DNA from: Lingula anatina | Lineage: Eukaryota > Animalia > Brachiopoda | Reading direction: 5' to 3' | Assembly: GCA_051362555.1 (NCBI GenBank) | Contig: CM120641.1 | Location: 6,324,001 to 6,388,000, forward strand | Length of the DNA stretch: 64,000 nt | Shown: piece after piece, positions 1 to 13,900 of the stretch | Layout: each line of letters begins with the position of its first letter | How positions within the stretch are numbered: the first letter of the stretch is position 1 | The notes under the pieces: generated by a model | Told to the model about the DNA's origin: nothing | What the model saw: the letters and a program-made list of their open reading frames with translations, nothing else | The model's database searches: none | Position numbers and translations under genes: made by a program

Positions 1-1607
1 ATGTTTTCTGAATGTCCATGTTACTAATATTTTATTAATAACATTTGATGGTTATTATGCTATTAAACATTATGTAACGTTGCATCAAAATTTGAAGAAA
101 CCCCTATTTAGGGCACTGCTCCTATGATGACCATTTAAGGGAAAACATGTCACTTGCTGTTCTCAAACTTACAAGAAAGAAACATGGGTCTAACATACAG
201 CCTCAGTAGGCAATGCAGTCTGTTTGGTAAATTTTTCTGGCAATTTAACAGTTTTTTGTGAAAATTTAATTTTTCACTTATTGACATTTTCAAGGTGCGA
301 CTTAGAACCTCCACGGGCTTGAAGACCCTTGCTAGTCACATTTTCTGAAAATCCATGACACGTATATTTTATCATTTAAAATTGATGGTCATTATGCTGT
401 TAAGCATTATGTAATGTTGCATCAAAATAGAAGAAAACACAATATTTGGTGCTGCTGCCATGATGACCATTATGGGAAAACGGTGTTACTTATTACTGTC
501 AAACTTTCAAAAAAGAAACACAGGACTAAAATGCAGCCCGAGTTGGAAAAGCAGTCTAATTGGCTTCTTTTTCTGGAAGTTATACACTTAGTGAAATATT
601 CATTATCTTTTTGGCATATTCATTGTGGGACTCAGAGCTCCCATGGACATGAAGCCTAATGGTAATCAAATTTTCTACATGTCCATGCTATTTATAGACA
701 ATAATCAAAAATTGGTGATAATTATTCTATAATTTATTATGTAATGTTACATCAAAATTGACAATAATCTTTTTGCACTGCTACTGCAAACATTATGAAA
801 AGAAAACTGTGTTACTTATTATTATATGTAACTTATAAGTACGATTTTTAGGATTGGCATGCAGTTCAAATTAGAAAGCCAGGTCAATTGGGTCATCATT
901 TTTATTAAATTTATGCATTTTTTGTGAAATTTTCATTTTTCTCATTCTGGCACTTTCTAATTGAAAACTTGAACTCTGATGGGCCTGGAGCCTTATGCTT
1001 TTACTTTCATCAGCGTTACCTGTTGTGCATAATTAAAATTTTATGTTGACTGTGCAGTTAAACATAATGTATTATTGCATCAGAATTGGGCAGTCTCCTG
1101 TTTTTGTGCATTATTGTTTTCTGCTTTTCTTAAGGTGTGACTTATGGGCCTGAAGACCTTTGATAGACAAATTTGTGTGGTCAGTCTGTTAATTCCCCTT
1201 GGGTATTCACAAGGCTAATTTCAGTGCTATAAACTCATTTACCTAATTAAGTAGCCATTAATTGAAATTTCATAAAGCACACTTGTTGATATTTCCCTGT
1301 TAAGCTCTCTGCTAGATAACATAGTGTCCATAATAAGGAAGCAGTGAATAACAGCTTCATTAGAATTATATTTTTGTTGTTTCTATTTAATTTTTTCTCC
1401 AACACTGGCATTTTTAAGATGTGATTTTTAACTCCCATCCACCTGAGGCTGTGCACATTTTCAGTATTTCCACAGAAGCAGTTGTATTGTTTTTATGTCT
1501 TTAAACATTATGTAATATTATTTTGTGCACTGTCATCATTTTTCAAATATTGAGACTTTCATCGTGCGACACTGGTCTCTCATGGACCTGAAACTGTAAT
1601 CTTATTG

Positions 1608-1774
1608 AAGGGGTGGATTGAGACCATCTTCTGGGTCTTCGGAAGACAGTCAAGTTATTAAGTTTATATTGACTGGTATCTATTTTTTTTCTGTTGGAAG
1701 ACCATCAAATTGGAGGATGGATCAACAAAGATACTTTGGAATACTGTCAGAAAATATCTCGGGGTCCGCTCCTG
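1608..1774 (+). mobile_element. ~167-bp MITE, CAGGGGCGGAT-type termini (degenerate), copy 1
   Basis: Ends aaggggtggat...gtccgctcctg, with ttattg on both sides (1602-1607, 1775-1780). Homologous to 4262-4430 and, inverted, to 10027-10194. Confidence 0.8.
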
Positions 1775-1938
1775 TTATTGACCATGTTACCTGTTGTGCA
1801 TGATTAAAATTCAGTGTTGACTGGCAGTGCTATTATAAGCATTATTTATTATTGCATCAAAATTGACAAAATGACCTTTTTTGCATCTTTATTTTCTGTT
1901 TTTTGTCTGTACATTTGACAGCTTTGCTGCCTTGTTTC

Positions 1939-2570
1939 ATTTTTTTCAGCATAAATGCAAACTGATAACACGATAAGTGAAAAACCGTTTTACTTTTTGG
2001 CTTGATACTTACAGAACCAATGAATATTTATAATACGCAGGTCAAGTTTGAAAATCAGCATGATCGGGCCATTTTTGTGGAAGTTATGCTATTTTTTCAT
2101 TTTTTTTCAGCATAAATGCAACACCGATAACACGATAAGTGAAAAACCATTTCACCTTATGGCTTGAAACTTACAGAACTGATGAATATTCTTAATACGC
2201 AGGTCAAGTTCGAAAATAAGCATGATCGGGCCATATTTGTGGAAGTTATGCTATTTTTTCATTTTTTCAGCATAAATGCAACAACGATAACATGATAAGT
2301 GAAAAAATCCTTTTACTTTTTGGCTTATAAGTTACTGAAATGATGAATATTCATAATACACAGGTCAAGTTCGAAAATCAGCCTGATCGGGCCATTTTTA
2401 TGGAAGTTATGCTGTTTTTTCACTATTTCAGCATATGTGCAACACCGATAACACATTTCAAGGAAAATCAATTGTCTTGAAATTCATAGGGGTGATCAGA
2501 TTTACTAAAATACAGATTAGGTTCGAAAATAAGCTTGATCGGTTCAGATTTGGTGAAATTGTGCCTTTTT
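1939..2570. repeat. ~161-162-bp satellite-like tandem array (about 4 copies)
   Basis: caggtcaagtt(t/c)gaaaat at 2038, 2200 and 2361; a fourth, more diverged copy runs to ~2570. The first three monomers are near-identical by eye. Confidence 0.9.
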
Positions 2571-4261
2571 TTGTATATAAGTCTTTTTTCCTCGGATTTA
2601 ATTATTAGGCATGTTAACAATCTCATTTGTGAACTAATTAGTAATGTAAAGGTGTTCTTTTGACATTTTCTGCATCTTAGCAATATTGTTAGTTGATTAT
2701 ATAAAAATGATGGTAAACCTGTTATTGTGCATTGTGTAATAAAGTGTCAAAATGGAAATAAACTCATATCTTTACAGTTTGTCAGATTCAATCATTCACC
2801 ATGTTCAGAATCTCAGAATGGAACAAATTAGACATTTAATATTGTTCTATTGATATTTTTCCTATGTCAACAACTTTCTTAGTTGATCATTTAAAAACAA
2901 CAGTAAATTGATTATTTTGATATATGTAAAAAAGTGTTGAAAGTGGAAAGAAATTCATTTCAGTAACAGTTATCTCTTGTGTACATTTTGGCATTTTGAA
3001 GTTGTGGCTCTGAACTTCCATGGCCCTGAAGACCTTTCCATATTAAATTTTCTGAATATCCATGATACTTTTATTTTATTATTAAAATTGATGGTCTTTA
3101 TGCTGTTAAGCATTATGTAATATTGCATCAAAATTGAAGACAACCCCATTTTAGACAATGCCTCCATAGTGACCAGTAAAGGAAAACCAAGTCACTCACT
3201 CTTCTCAAACTTACAGAAATGTAGCATAGCACTAAATTATAGCTTCAGTTGAAAAACCTGTTATATCGGTTAACTTTCTTGGAAATTATATAGTTTTTTG
3301 TTACAATTAAAATTTCCACATATGGACATTTTCAAGGTGTGACTTAGTCTTTGAACTTCCATTGGCTTGAATACCATTGCTAGTCACATCTTTTGAATAG
3401 CTATGATACATTTACTTTATTATTAAAAATTGATGGCCATTGTGCTGTTAAGCATTATGTTAAATTGCATAAAAGATGAAAAAAAAACCTTTTTTGGACA
3501 TCGCTTCTGGGATGACCATTAAGGAAAAACCATTTTACTTATGATATTCTAACTTACTGAAAAGTTTCATAGGACTGAAGTGTAGCTTGTGTTGGAAATC
3601 AGTGTGATTGTTTTCTGTTTTGGAAGCAATGCAGCTCTATAGAGTGCTATATGGGGCTACTGTTTATGAATGGTGGTAATTGTCCCTTGGGATAATCACT
3701 AGCTAAATTCAGAGCTATAAAATTACTTGCCTAATTGATTTTCAAGTGCCCATTAAATAAGATTACATAAAGCACACGTTAAGATTTCCCATTCAAGTCC
3801 TATAGGTTAAGCTCTCTTAACTGTGTCACATAATTAGGAATTGGTGATAATTATGCAGGTAAATGTTGTTTAATATTGCAAATAAGTTTACAAAAGAAAA
3901 AAAATTGTGTAATGCCAACATTAATGCTATAGATGAATAACAGTGCCTTATTATCCTCAAACACATTGGGATTATTCATATCATGTTAATACAGCAAGAT
4001 TAAAAGTTTGAATAGCAGCTTTAATGGAATTTTTTGTTGTTGTTGTTGTGTTTTCTTTTTAATTTTTTTCTAAACACTGGCATTTTCAACTCCCATCCAC
4101 CTGAAGCTCTTCAGATATTCTGTATTTCCACATAAGCAGTTGCATAGGTTTTTATGTCTTTAAACAATATTTTATTTTATGCACTGTCAACATTTTTCAA
4201 ATATTGGGATTTTCATTATGTGAATTTGAACTCTCATGGTCCAGAAACTGTTATCTTATTG

Positions 4262-4430
4262 CTGGGGTGGATTGAGGCCGTCTTCTGGGTCTTTCAGATG
4301 ACAGTCAGATTTTAAAGTTTACATTGACTGGTATCAATTTTTTTTCTGTTGGAAAACCATCAAAAGTGGAGGATGGATCAACAAAGATACTTTGGAATAC
4401 TGTCAGAAAATATCTCTGGATCTGCTCCTG
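4262..4430 (+). mobile_element. ~169-bp MITE, copy 2 (carried by the local duplication)
   Basis: ctggggtggat...atctgctcctg with the same ttattg flanks and surrounding sequence as 1608-1774. Confidence 0.8.
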
Positions 4431-4935
4431 TTATTGACCATGTTACCTGTTGTGCATGATTAAAATTCAGTATTGTTTGACAGTGCTATTATAAGCATTA
4501 TTTATTATTGCATCAAAATTGACAAAATGACCCATTTTGCATCTTTATTTTCTGTTTTTTGTCTGTACATTTGACAGCTTTGCTGCCTTGTTTCTTAGTT
4601 TAAGCAGTTCCTCAATTGTGGTGTTTAGTGTAATAAGCCTATTAATATAGAGTAAAATATTATATTTTTTAATTTGGATATGCAGTTTTTTTTTTCGCAC
4701 ATTTTCCGTGCAAAGAAAAAGAGAATTCATCATGAAGAAAACCTCTCCATCTTTTGTTAAATGGAAAAAGTCGTCTTATATAGTACTTTAAGTCTCAGAC
4801 AAAATTTTCAATTTACCTATTTTGATAGACTACAGATACCAGTTCAGTGGTGAAAAGTTCCTCCATCTCTTTGCTCTCCATACAAAGTTGACCTTTATTT
4901 CTTCATTGGATACTAACATTATACATCTCACCCAG

Positions 4936-7900
4936 GTACTGTGATCACCCCAGGACTTGCCTTCCATCTGTTTGGCCTGGGTCCAGACTGCTGTAGTGTT
5001 AGCCAGTGTGACTCTTCAGAACAGGAGGCTATCTACATGTACCATATCAATCCTCAGTCTTTGGACACCGCTGGTATCAATCAGGAGGTCCTCATAGGCA
5101 ACAGGAGTGAAGATCTGCAACCTCTAAGGGTAACATGTTCACACACATACATACACACATACACACTAACTCACATGGATGTTTTCTAAGTATTAGTATT
5201 ACATCCTATTATATCAGTCTGTTTTCAGTATAGCCAATTCAAATTAATTTCTAACATGTCATAAATAGCATCCTGACCAGGCATCCAAGTTAGCAAATTT
5301 TTGGCATTAATTTTATCATTTTTCTCCAAAACAGCTGACAAAATTTACCATGAAACAGTATTGTGTATTTATACTCTTGCTTTTTAGGAAAACCTGCTCA
5401 TGGTCTACATACCAAAAAACCCACAACAGGTCAACATGTATGACCCCTGTGGTCCAAAAGATGGCAAAACCCTGACACGGCTAGCCATGTCCCTGTCCAC
5501 AGCACAGAAGGCCAGCAGTGAGAAGATCTTGAGGCAGCCTCTGCAGGTGAAACCAATCAAGGGGCAGTCCAGTGTGATCCCTCTCATGCATCGCGGCATA
5601 GAAATCACCGTTGATGAGATAGGAGGAGTTGGAGTTTTCCTGTTTTTGTTTGCAAAGGTAAAATGTGATTTTGAGACCTTTTTTTCAGAGCATGAGAAGA
5701 GAGGTGTTATTTGAAATAGTTTGGAATATGTGCCAAGATGGCGATCATGCTATAAACTTTTTTAATGTCATTTTATGATTTTTATGGAGTGAAAAGGGGT
5801 GAACAGATATTTGTAAAAACTTGGAATGTGTGCCAGATAATGTTCAAACTATTCATCATATACACAGCTAAATATTTAATGTAGGGGTTTGTGATTGTGC
5901 CATCAGTTAAATTCTTCTGTGAATTTATATACAGTTTACTTTTTAATTTTTTGATCTCACAACCTACTGTAGACAACCAGTGAATAATTATAAATCTATG
6001 TTATAGGTGGTGGAAAACTCCACAGAGCAGGAGCAAGCAAGTGCTCTCCGCCTGTTGTTCAGTCTACTGAGACACAGTAAGAAACATGCCCAAGACTTTA
6101 AGGAAATGTCAGGATACTCCCTGCTGGCCAAGGTCATGTCCACTGATAAGTTCATCAACAGCTTTCAGGTCTTGAAGGTATAGTGTATTAATAATACCGA
6201 TATTGTAGGAAAATAGGATAATAATATTAATGTATTCTACTAATTTTTTTTAAGTGTCATTCATTTAAGGTATGGCAGTTGGATCCTTTTTGTTTGATAA
6301 AACCAGCTTTGAGTATGTTCTATGTTTGTGAAGTTAAGTGAGTATATTACAAGCTTTTAGTATGTAACAGATTTATTGTGTTTCAATATATTCACAAAAT
6401 TATGATCAGTTGCATTTTAAAATGACAAAAAATAAGTCAGAAACAAAATGCCATGACTTAAAATGACAATTATTTTTTTAGGTTCTTCTGGATGCCTGCC
6501 TCAGTGAATCAGTCATCCACTTCAACACAGTGACCAAGGCATACTCATTTATTCCATATGCCAAAGCTATAATCCAAGATGTCAGTATTGTTAGAGAGAT
6601 CTTGTTGGCTTGGAAAGTGTGGGACAAAGGAAATGTGGAAGTGTGGCATTTGTGCTTTGTTGCATTGGAGGAGTTGATCAAAGAACAACACCCTTATAGG
6701 GAGTTTAATAGACAGCAACTCCACTGTGCTAAAACTGTGGACAAGTTGTTAGTTACATGCCAGGTAGAGTATAAATTATACTGTATCAACTCATTAAAAA
6801 ATTCATTGGTCTTCAGAACTGTTTCTTATTGTCATACTTACGTAGTCCCAGCATCTAGCAAATGAGTTTGTTCTTTAGTGAACAGCCTTTCTCATTGTAA
6901 TGTCTCATTCCACTATATTTGCAAGTGTGCTGGCTCATTAGAGGGCACTATTGTCATGTGCTTTATTGTATACAGTGATGTATCCTCTACAGTAATTTTT
7001 ATAATGCTTTGTCAGGTGTGTCCACAACCATTATGTGTTCACATTAAGTTGTAAGATTCATACCATAGTTAAATGGAGGAGGGAAACATTTAAATGCTGT
7101 GATCTCATATAATTAGTTAAAAGCATATTGAGATAGTTACTTAAAGTTCAATGCATTTTGTCCCTTTCATCACACAGGAAAGGATCCAGGAGGCATGTCC
7201 CTCTCTGCCACTACCAATCTGCAGTAGTATGGTGAAGATCATAGGTCACATGATGGGGAGTCCTCCTGATATTAACATAGTAGTCACAGTGTGCGATTTC
7301 CTCCTCATTGCTCACCCTGCTGCTAGCACATTCATCAACCACACTGCAGATTCATTTTGGTTCACACATCACTGGGGTAAGGTTATTTTGTTATTTTGAC
7401 ATGAAAATTTAAGGATGATATTTTTCAGACTGATGGAGGATTTTAAAGCTTTTTTTACTCCTGATGGGCCATTGTTAAGAGTGGTTTGGCTGGATATTTT
7501 AGATGTTTTGCCTAAAAGTCAATCTTGTGCTTGAAACATAACTTACAAGGATGAGGCACTTCCTCCTTTTGGCAGATTTCTTTCTATTTGTGAAAGAGGG
7601 TTCCACAGTTCCTTGGTTTTGTATGAAATTGTCAAAAACTGGGGAGAAGTTTTTTTTCCTTTTTGATAACATTCTCTTGTCCCATAGCTGCATTACACAG
7701 GGTTTTTTTTAGTATAGTCAGAGCTTGTCATGATGGAAAAATAATTGATTCTAAAAATACATATGCATGTTTATGTGAATGCACTCATTTTATTTTTGCA
7801 AATGTTTCTTGCATGCTTATGTGTACTTCCTAGAGTAATATGTACATAATATTGGATGCATTTCATTTAATGGTCATATTTCAGTTAATGTGATAGAGCC

Positions 7901-10900
7901 AAATGAATATAACAAATGAAATGAAGGTATCTGTTGATTGTTATTGACATTCATTCATTCATCTGTTTTAGCTTCTGGCAAAAAAGAAAAGAAGAAAGAA
8001 AAGCAGAGTTTGTCCAGCACACCCTCTAAGGGCAGAAGTCCCAGCAGAACCTGGCATCGTAGTGTTGAAGATGTGGTAGAAACTGACCAACGAAATCTTA
8101 CTGCAGATGTCATTGCCGGAGGTGATAACTGATGTCTTGTCTTGCACTCATGCTTAAGTTGTTACATGAAGGGATATTGAAATATTAATTTTAAAAGATT
8201 AAGTGAAGTAATTTTTTTTTTGTTATTAATCTTTTGGTTATATCTTTGCTTACTTGTTAACTATTTACAGAAAAATCCTTTTTGTGTTAACTATTTTTAA
8301 ACGTTTTTGTAGTTCTGAGAATACTTTCTTTTCATCTTTACATGCTACCAACAGCTCATGTATAAAGTTTTTTATTTTATTTTATTTTTTATTTTTTGGA
8401 TCAGAGAGAAGACTGTCTGTTAGCTTACCAAGTTCTCCAAACACTGTCAAAAGGCAGTTGAGCTTCAAGGATAGTAATTTCCAGTTTGTGGCATCCGAAA
8501 ACAGTGATAGTGACATACTTCTCTCATCTGCTGAATCTAGATCTAGATCACAAACATACCCACCTTTAGCAGGTTGCCTCAATCAAAAAGAACTGACTCA
8601 TGCGCTGACTACTATTTCAATTGACACAAATGAGGATAATATTGAAGACAAGGAAGCTTTGAATGACGTGGAAAATGAAGAAGTGTTCCCACCACCTCAA
8701 GTTGAAGAAAATGATAATTCTAAAGATATCTTTTCTAAAGCAAGAAATTCAGCACATACAAGAATAAATGTTCATTCAACTACCATGGACTCTGATGCTT
8801 GTGTCATCTCCCTGGGGTCAGCTTCAGAAGATCAGATTGAGCACAGAGATACTTTCAGAGGTGGGGATCAGGAAGGTCCTGAGATCTCAGCGAGGATACC
8901 AAGTAAAGATCATTCAACCCCAGAATCCTACATGACTGCTGAATCTGGTTCTAGTGTTAATACCAAGATTGCAGATGATACCAGTCCTGTTATATCACCA
9001 GGAACTGGTGAAGTGACTGAAGGTGGCGCCACTGCACAGTCTAAACCTAAAGAGTTGCAGAATGACAGCAGTAACCTTTTAAGTGATGTTAGCAATAGTC
9101 AAAGTGAAGACTGGGAACTGTATCCAGATCCAACTTCTATGAATAGTGTGCAAGTTTCTCTGGAAAATGCCAATAAAGATGGCATTGATGAGGTAGATGA
9201 AGGAGAGAAGGGATTAGTTGTTGTCTGTTCAGGTAAGATATTTAATATTTTCAACAGAGTTAAATTAAAAATAATTATAGATTTAAGTTTATTGAATACA
9301 GTGTGTGCATTAATATAGCTTTAAAAGCTATTCACAGTGTCAACAACACTTCAAAAATTTTTGTTTCTTAATTCTCTGTAAAATTTTTTAAAACAATGAT
9401 CTCTGATTATCAGATGATAAAATAAACTTTTGATAACTTTGGTATGTATTACATTCATTTTTTTACAATTGATTTTGTTTCAAACCTCATTAATCAACTT
9501 TGATCTTTAAGCACAGGTATTTCGATTCAATTTTTCAAAAAGAAAATTAAAATCTTTATTTCCATCAGGCCTGCTTCAGCTTTTGCAAGGAGTCGTGATA
9601 AATTTGTGTGATGTAGCTTCCAAGAGGATACTGGGAATGGTTTTACGTCCTGAGGTCCTGTTAGTGTTGGCTCATCACAATTCTCCTGAGATCAGAACTG
9701 CAGTAGTACAGGTAAGCATGTATTCTGTCTTTTGCTGTAGAGTTTCTTCAGTTAGTGTACAATGTGTACCACCATGCAAAGCTAGAAGTACTTGGAATTT
9801 GCCCATCCTGCTATTTTGAAATTAAATGGGTTCCATGAAATGCTCATTAATATAAAGAATTGGATTTAAACACAGCTCCATTGCCAGTAGTAGAAGCAAG
9901 CATGTTTTATGTCAGGATGAAAGTCTTTTGCCATCTTTTGAGTTTTTACAGTACAATTTGCACCACCCACCTTGCAGTGCTAAAAGTACTTGGGATTTGC
10001 CCTTCCTCCTATTTTAAAATTAAACTCAGAGGCGGATCCAGAGCTATTTTCTGACAGTCTTCCAAATTATCTTTGTTGATCCATCCTCATTTTTGACCGT
10101 CTTCTGACAGAAAAAAATTAGATACCCGTCAGTGTAAACCTGAAAATCTGACCGTCTTCCGGAAGACCCAGAAGACGGCCTAAATCCGCCCCTGAAACTT
10201 GTACCATGAAACACTCATTGATAGAAAGAATTGGATTGAAACACAAAGTTTCATTTCCAGCTCCTAGATGTCTATTTCCACCGTGCCACAGATGAACAGT
10301 GCGAGAACTTCCTGAAGATTCAGGGATTCCACCTGCTAGGCAGTCAGCTCCACCAGCACCAGGCCACCCGCTCACTGGTGGAGGCCTGCCTGGCAATGGT
10401 ATTTGGGAAGTTACACAGCATGATAGATGAGTGAGTAGATTATTTCATGTGGTGACGATGTGTGGTGCCACGTTTTTGTATTTGGAAATTTGACAATATT
10501 TTGCTCAGTCGTAGCAAGTAAATAGGTTATATTCAGGTAGCATGTATTTAAGCATTTCTTAGAATCAGCTTAGCATCATATTAACTTTAGAAAATTATAT
10601 TAACTATATATTATATAGCCTAAGATATAAATTTTGTTCTTCATATTTCAGCATCGACCCTAACCAGCTTTCTGACCTCCGCCCACTGCAACAGTCAGCC
10701 ATCACCCCAGTCCTGGCACTGATGGAGAAAACTGTCTATGACACATCCCTGTGCCATAATGCCATATGTCTGCTCATTCAGGTAACTTGAATACAGTGTA
10801 ACACTTTGCAAGGCACATTTGCTAGCATTCAGTAATGCATAGCTAGATAATGCAAGAAGAGGAGGAGTCAGATTGAAAAATGTTGACATTTTGTGGAATC

Positions 10901-13900
10901 CAATTGAAAAATTGTTGATATTTTACAATAGTGGAGTTGGTATTTGAAATTCTACCAGGTCAAAAGTGTATTCTTTTTTAACATAGTTTCACCAATGACA
11001 CAAACTTGTCCTATATTATACAATCATCTTTCAGTTGTTTGAGACGGCCCCACAGATGACGCAGGTGATGCTGGAGAATGGTCTGGTAGAGGTGCTGGGC
11101 AACATGGTAGCAGCCATCAACAAGAATGAACCTAGGTACGTGGGGAACTAATATGTACCTGTATTAACCTAGTTCCTTATGCTAAATTCAAGATTGTTCA
11201 CCAGCAAATTGTTATCAGGGTTATTGAAAAGGAAAAAGTACTGTGCATTTTTTTTTGGATCAGGGGCCATTCATAATGAGTTAGTTCAACCTAGCTATTG
11301 GGACCTAGCTCCACTTGGGAACTCTCACTGTATGCACTCAGATTAACAGACTAACATACCTCTTGTTGCCAATGTTCTTATATAATCACCAGCTTCTGTT
11401 TTCTACTCAGCACCAGGAGGTCGCTCTACTGTAGACCACTCAGGAACACCACCATTGTGCCCCATTTCGGAAACATTTTGCCCTCTCTAACTTGCTGGTA
11501 CATATGAAAAGTGACAGTGAGCACCTAACTATTGTTCAGTCTTTACTACTCAAGGTGGAAGAGGCATCACTAGTAATTTTATGTAACTGTCCTGGTTTCT
11601 GACTTTTTATCTTTTTGGAAAGCTTGTTGTTTTCTTGTAGAATATCTGACATAATTGGTGAGGATGAGCAGCAGATTGTAGTAGAAGATATCCAGCATTT
11701 TGCTGCCATGATTGCAGTCAAGACATTCAGGTGAGTACCAATGAATATCATGTGCATTATCCTGTGAAAGAAATTTGATACTCACCTTAAGAAGAAATAT
11801 ATATATGTAAATATGATAATTTGTTACGTTTGTATTTCATTTAACAGTTATGTTTTATAGACTGGATGCATTTCTATGGGGATTATCTTATTTACTGTTA
11901 TTGTAATGTCTGATGAATTACAGTTGATATATACATAATATATCATATTATATTATGTATATCATATTACAGCACATCAGGAGTGTCATGCTACCAGCAG
12001 TTTGATGACATGATGACAATGTTTTCTATATTAGAGATGAAGGAGGAAGAAAGATATGGTAAGAAAGGGTGGTAATCACTTATAAATGTTATTTGTTGAT
12101 ATGAATTACAATACCAAGATTGTTTATTTATTTCAAAGAAAAGAACTTTCATATTTCTCATTTTTTGGGATTTACCTTATAATTTCAGTAATTTTTCTCT
12201 AAAGCACCAAGGTATATTTTCAGGCTTGCAGTCAAGAGCTGTGGAAAATGTCCGCAGCATCCAGTGTTCATGTTTCCAAGCTGTTTTAGAATTTGTAGAG
12301 ACCAAGTGTACAATAGAAGACAGAGGGGTAGTGGCTAATCTGCCATTGCCATATATAAAGTCTGCTTCATCCCTGAATGATCAGAGCCCTCTGGCCCTCC
12401 CAGTTGTCACCAGTCGTAGGAAGACAGAAGGTAGGTTTAATAAAGCACCCAGAATTTTTAGCATTTTTAATTATTGCAAGGCTGATTTATAGCTTGCCTT
12501 GATGCTTTCAAGTGGTATATTTTAAAATGACGGATAATTTTCTTCATGTAAAATTTTGACAGTATGTTCCATGTCCAAAGACTGTTTGCAGTAATTACTC
12601 ACTGTACAAATACATGTTAGTATATTTATCTCTACTATTATTATGAATACTTGGATGTTGCATTCTACTTGTATTACATACCTTGAAGTTGACCAAATAT
12701 GTTGCTATTTGTTTAAAATTGATGTCAAGATTAATTTCACAATTTGAATTTGTCACTGATTATCAGTTAATTTATCAACTATTGCCTTTGATTAGTTATC
12801 ACTTAAATTGATATGTTGTGAAATATTTAGGTTCATGTCATTCATCATAATTTTGTTTGCTGTCAGTGTTTATAAATTAGTTGATTTTTCCCACATCCAT
12901 GATCAGTTTTGCTTCGTTGCCTCTGCTTACCTTCTACCACCTTATCAGTACATTTTACCATTCCTGTGCTTCATTTGAATGGTTCCTGTTAAATTTTGAA
13001 TAATTTGTATAATTTTGATTGGTATTATTTGGTTTTTAGAAGAATTTAAGTCTAAATGAGCAGCTTTTTTTGGAAGTCAAAAGATAATCAAATTAGTAAT
13101 TAATAATACTGCATTTTGACTTTTGGACTGAACCATCTAGGTACAGAAACTATGGTGTGGCATTTAAGAGTAATAAAGAACATGAAAAAAAGTTTTATTG
13201 TACTATTCAAAATTGATTTTAATATTATTAAATTGTTATAAAATTAATTTGTAAAAATTGTAGGTTAGCCAACTGTAGATTGTTTTCCTTTTTAACTGCA
13301 GATTCCTAGTTTTCATCAGTTACATTATTATAAGTATGACAAAAGTTGAAAACTACATAATAGAAAACATTTGCCCATTTGACTCCCACTAAATTATCTG
13401 AATGTCCCTGTCCCCATTTCTCCCCATGTGCACAGTGGCAGAGCCAAGGAAGCATAACTTCTTCATGAATGTGGGTATTTGGCAGCAGCACCAACAGTTG
13501 CACAAACCACCTCTCCTAGGTGCAGTGTCCTTGGTCCCTGTCACTGAGAGAGAAGTCACCCTGGAAGTGAGTGAAGAGAGTCCAGAGAGTGGTGCTGAGG
13601 ATGTGGTGGATACTGTTTTTAACCTCAATGCTTCTAGAACAGAGAGGTAATTTTCTTTTGCAAAAGACCAAAAGGGTGAAAATAGACAAAACAGTAATTG
13701 ATCTCATTTTGCTTTCAGAAGTTATGTATTTAGGTTGAAATGACTTCAAAATGTTCAGTTAATATATGGTCGTTGTCTTCCTTTATTTTTATTCCAAATT
13801 CTCTCAACGTGCTTACAATTATTACACCAAATCATTTGCAGTAATGACAAATATTTAAATCTGCCCTTATGTAAACATGTTGTGCTGGATGAAATACATT

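Larger units (their letters stand above)
1..4594. repeat. Degenerate ~335-bp tandem repeat region with an internal ~2.65-kb-offset duplication (probably a LYST intron)
   Basis: The anchor (c)attatgtaa..ttgcatcaaaat recurs at ~68, 405, 735, 1063 and again at 3111, 3453 (spacing 328-342 bp). Block ~1190-1938 is repeated at ~3680-4594, and both copies end in gacagctttgctgccttgtttc. Confidence 0.85.

Noticed and set aside
1939-2570. Regularly spaced repeats as a CRISPR-like array
   Set aside because: Whole 161-bp units repeat with no unique spacers, there are no cas genes, and the context is a eukaryotic intron.
10118-10396. 92-aa minus-strand ORF, and the many other 60-140-aa ORFs in the track
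   Set aside because: They are antisense shadows of real exons, MITE read-through or AT-rich chance ORFs with no recognisable domain.
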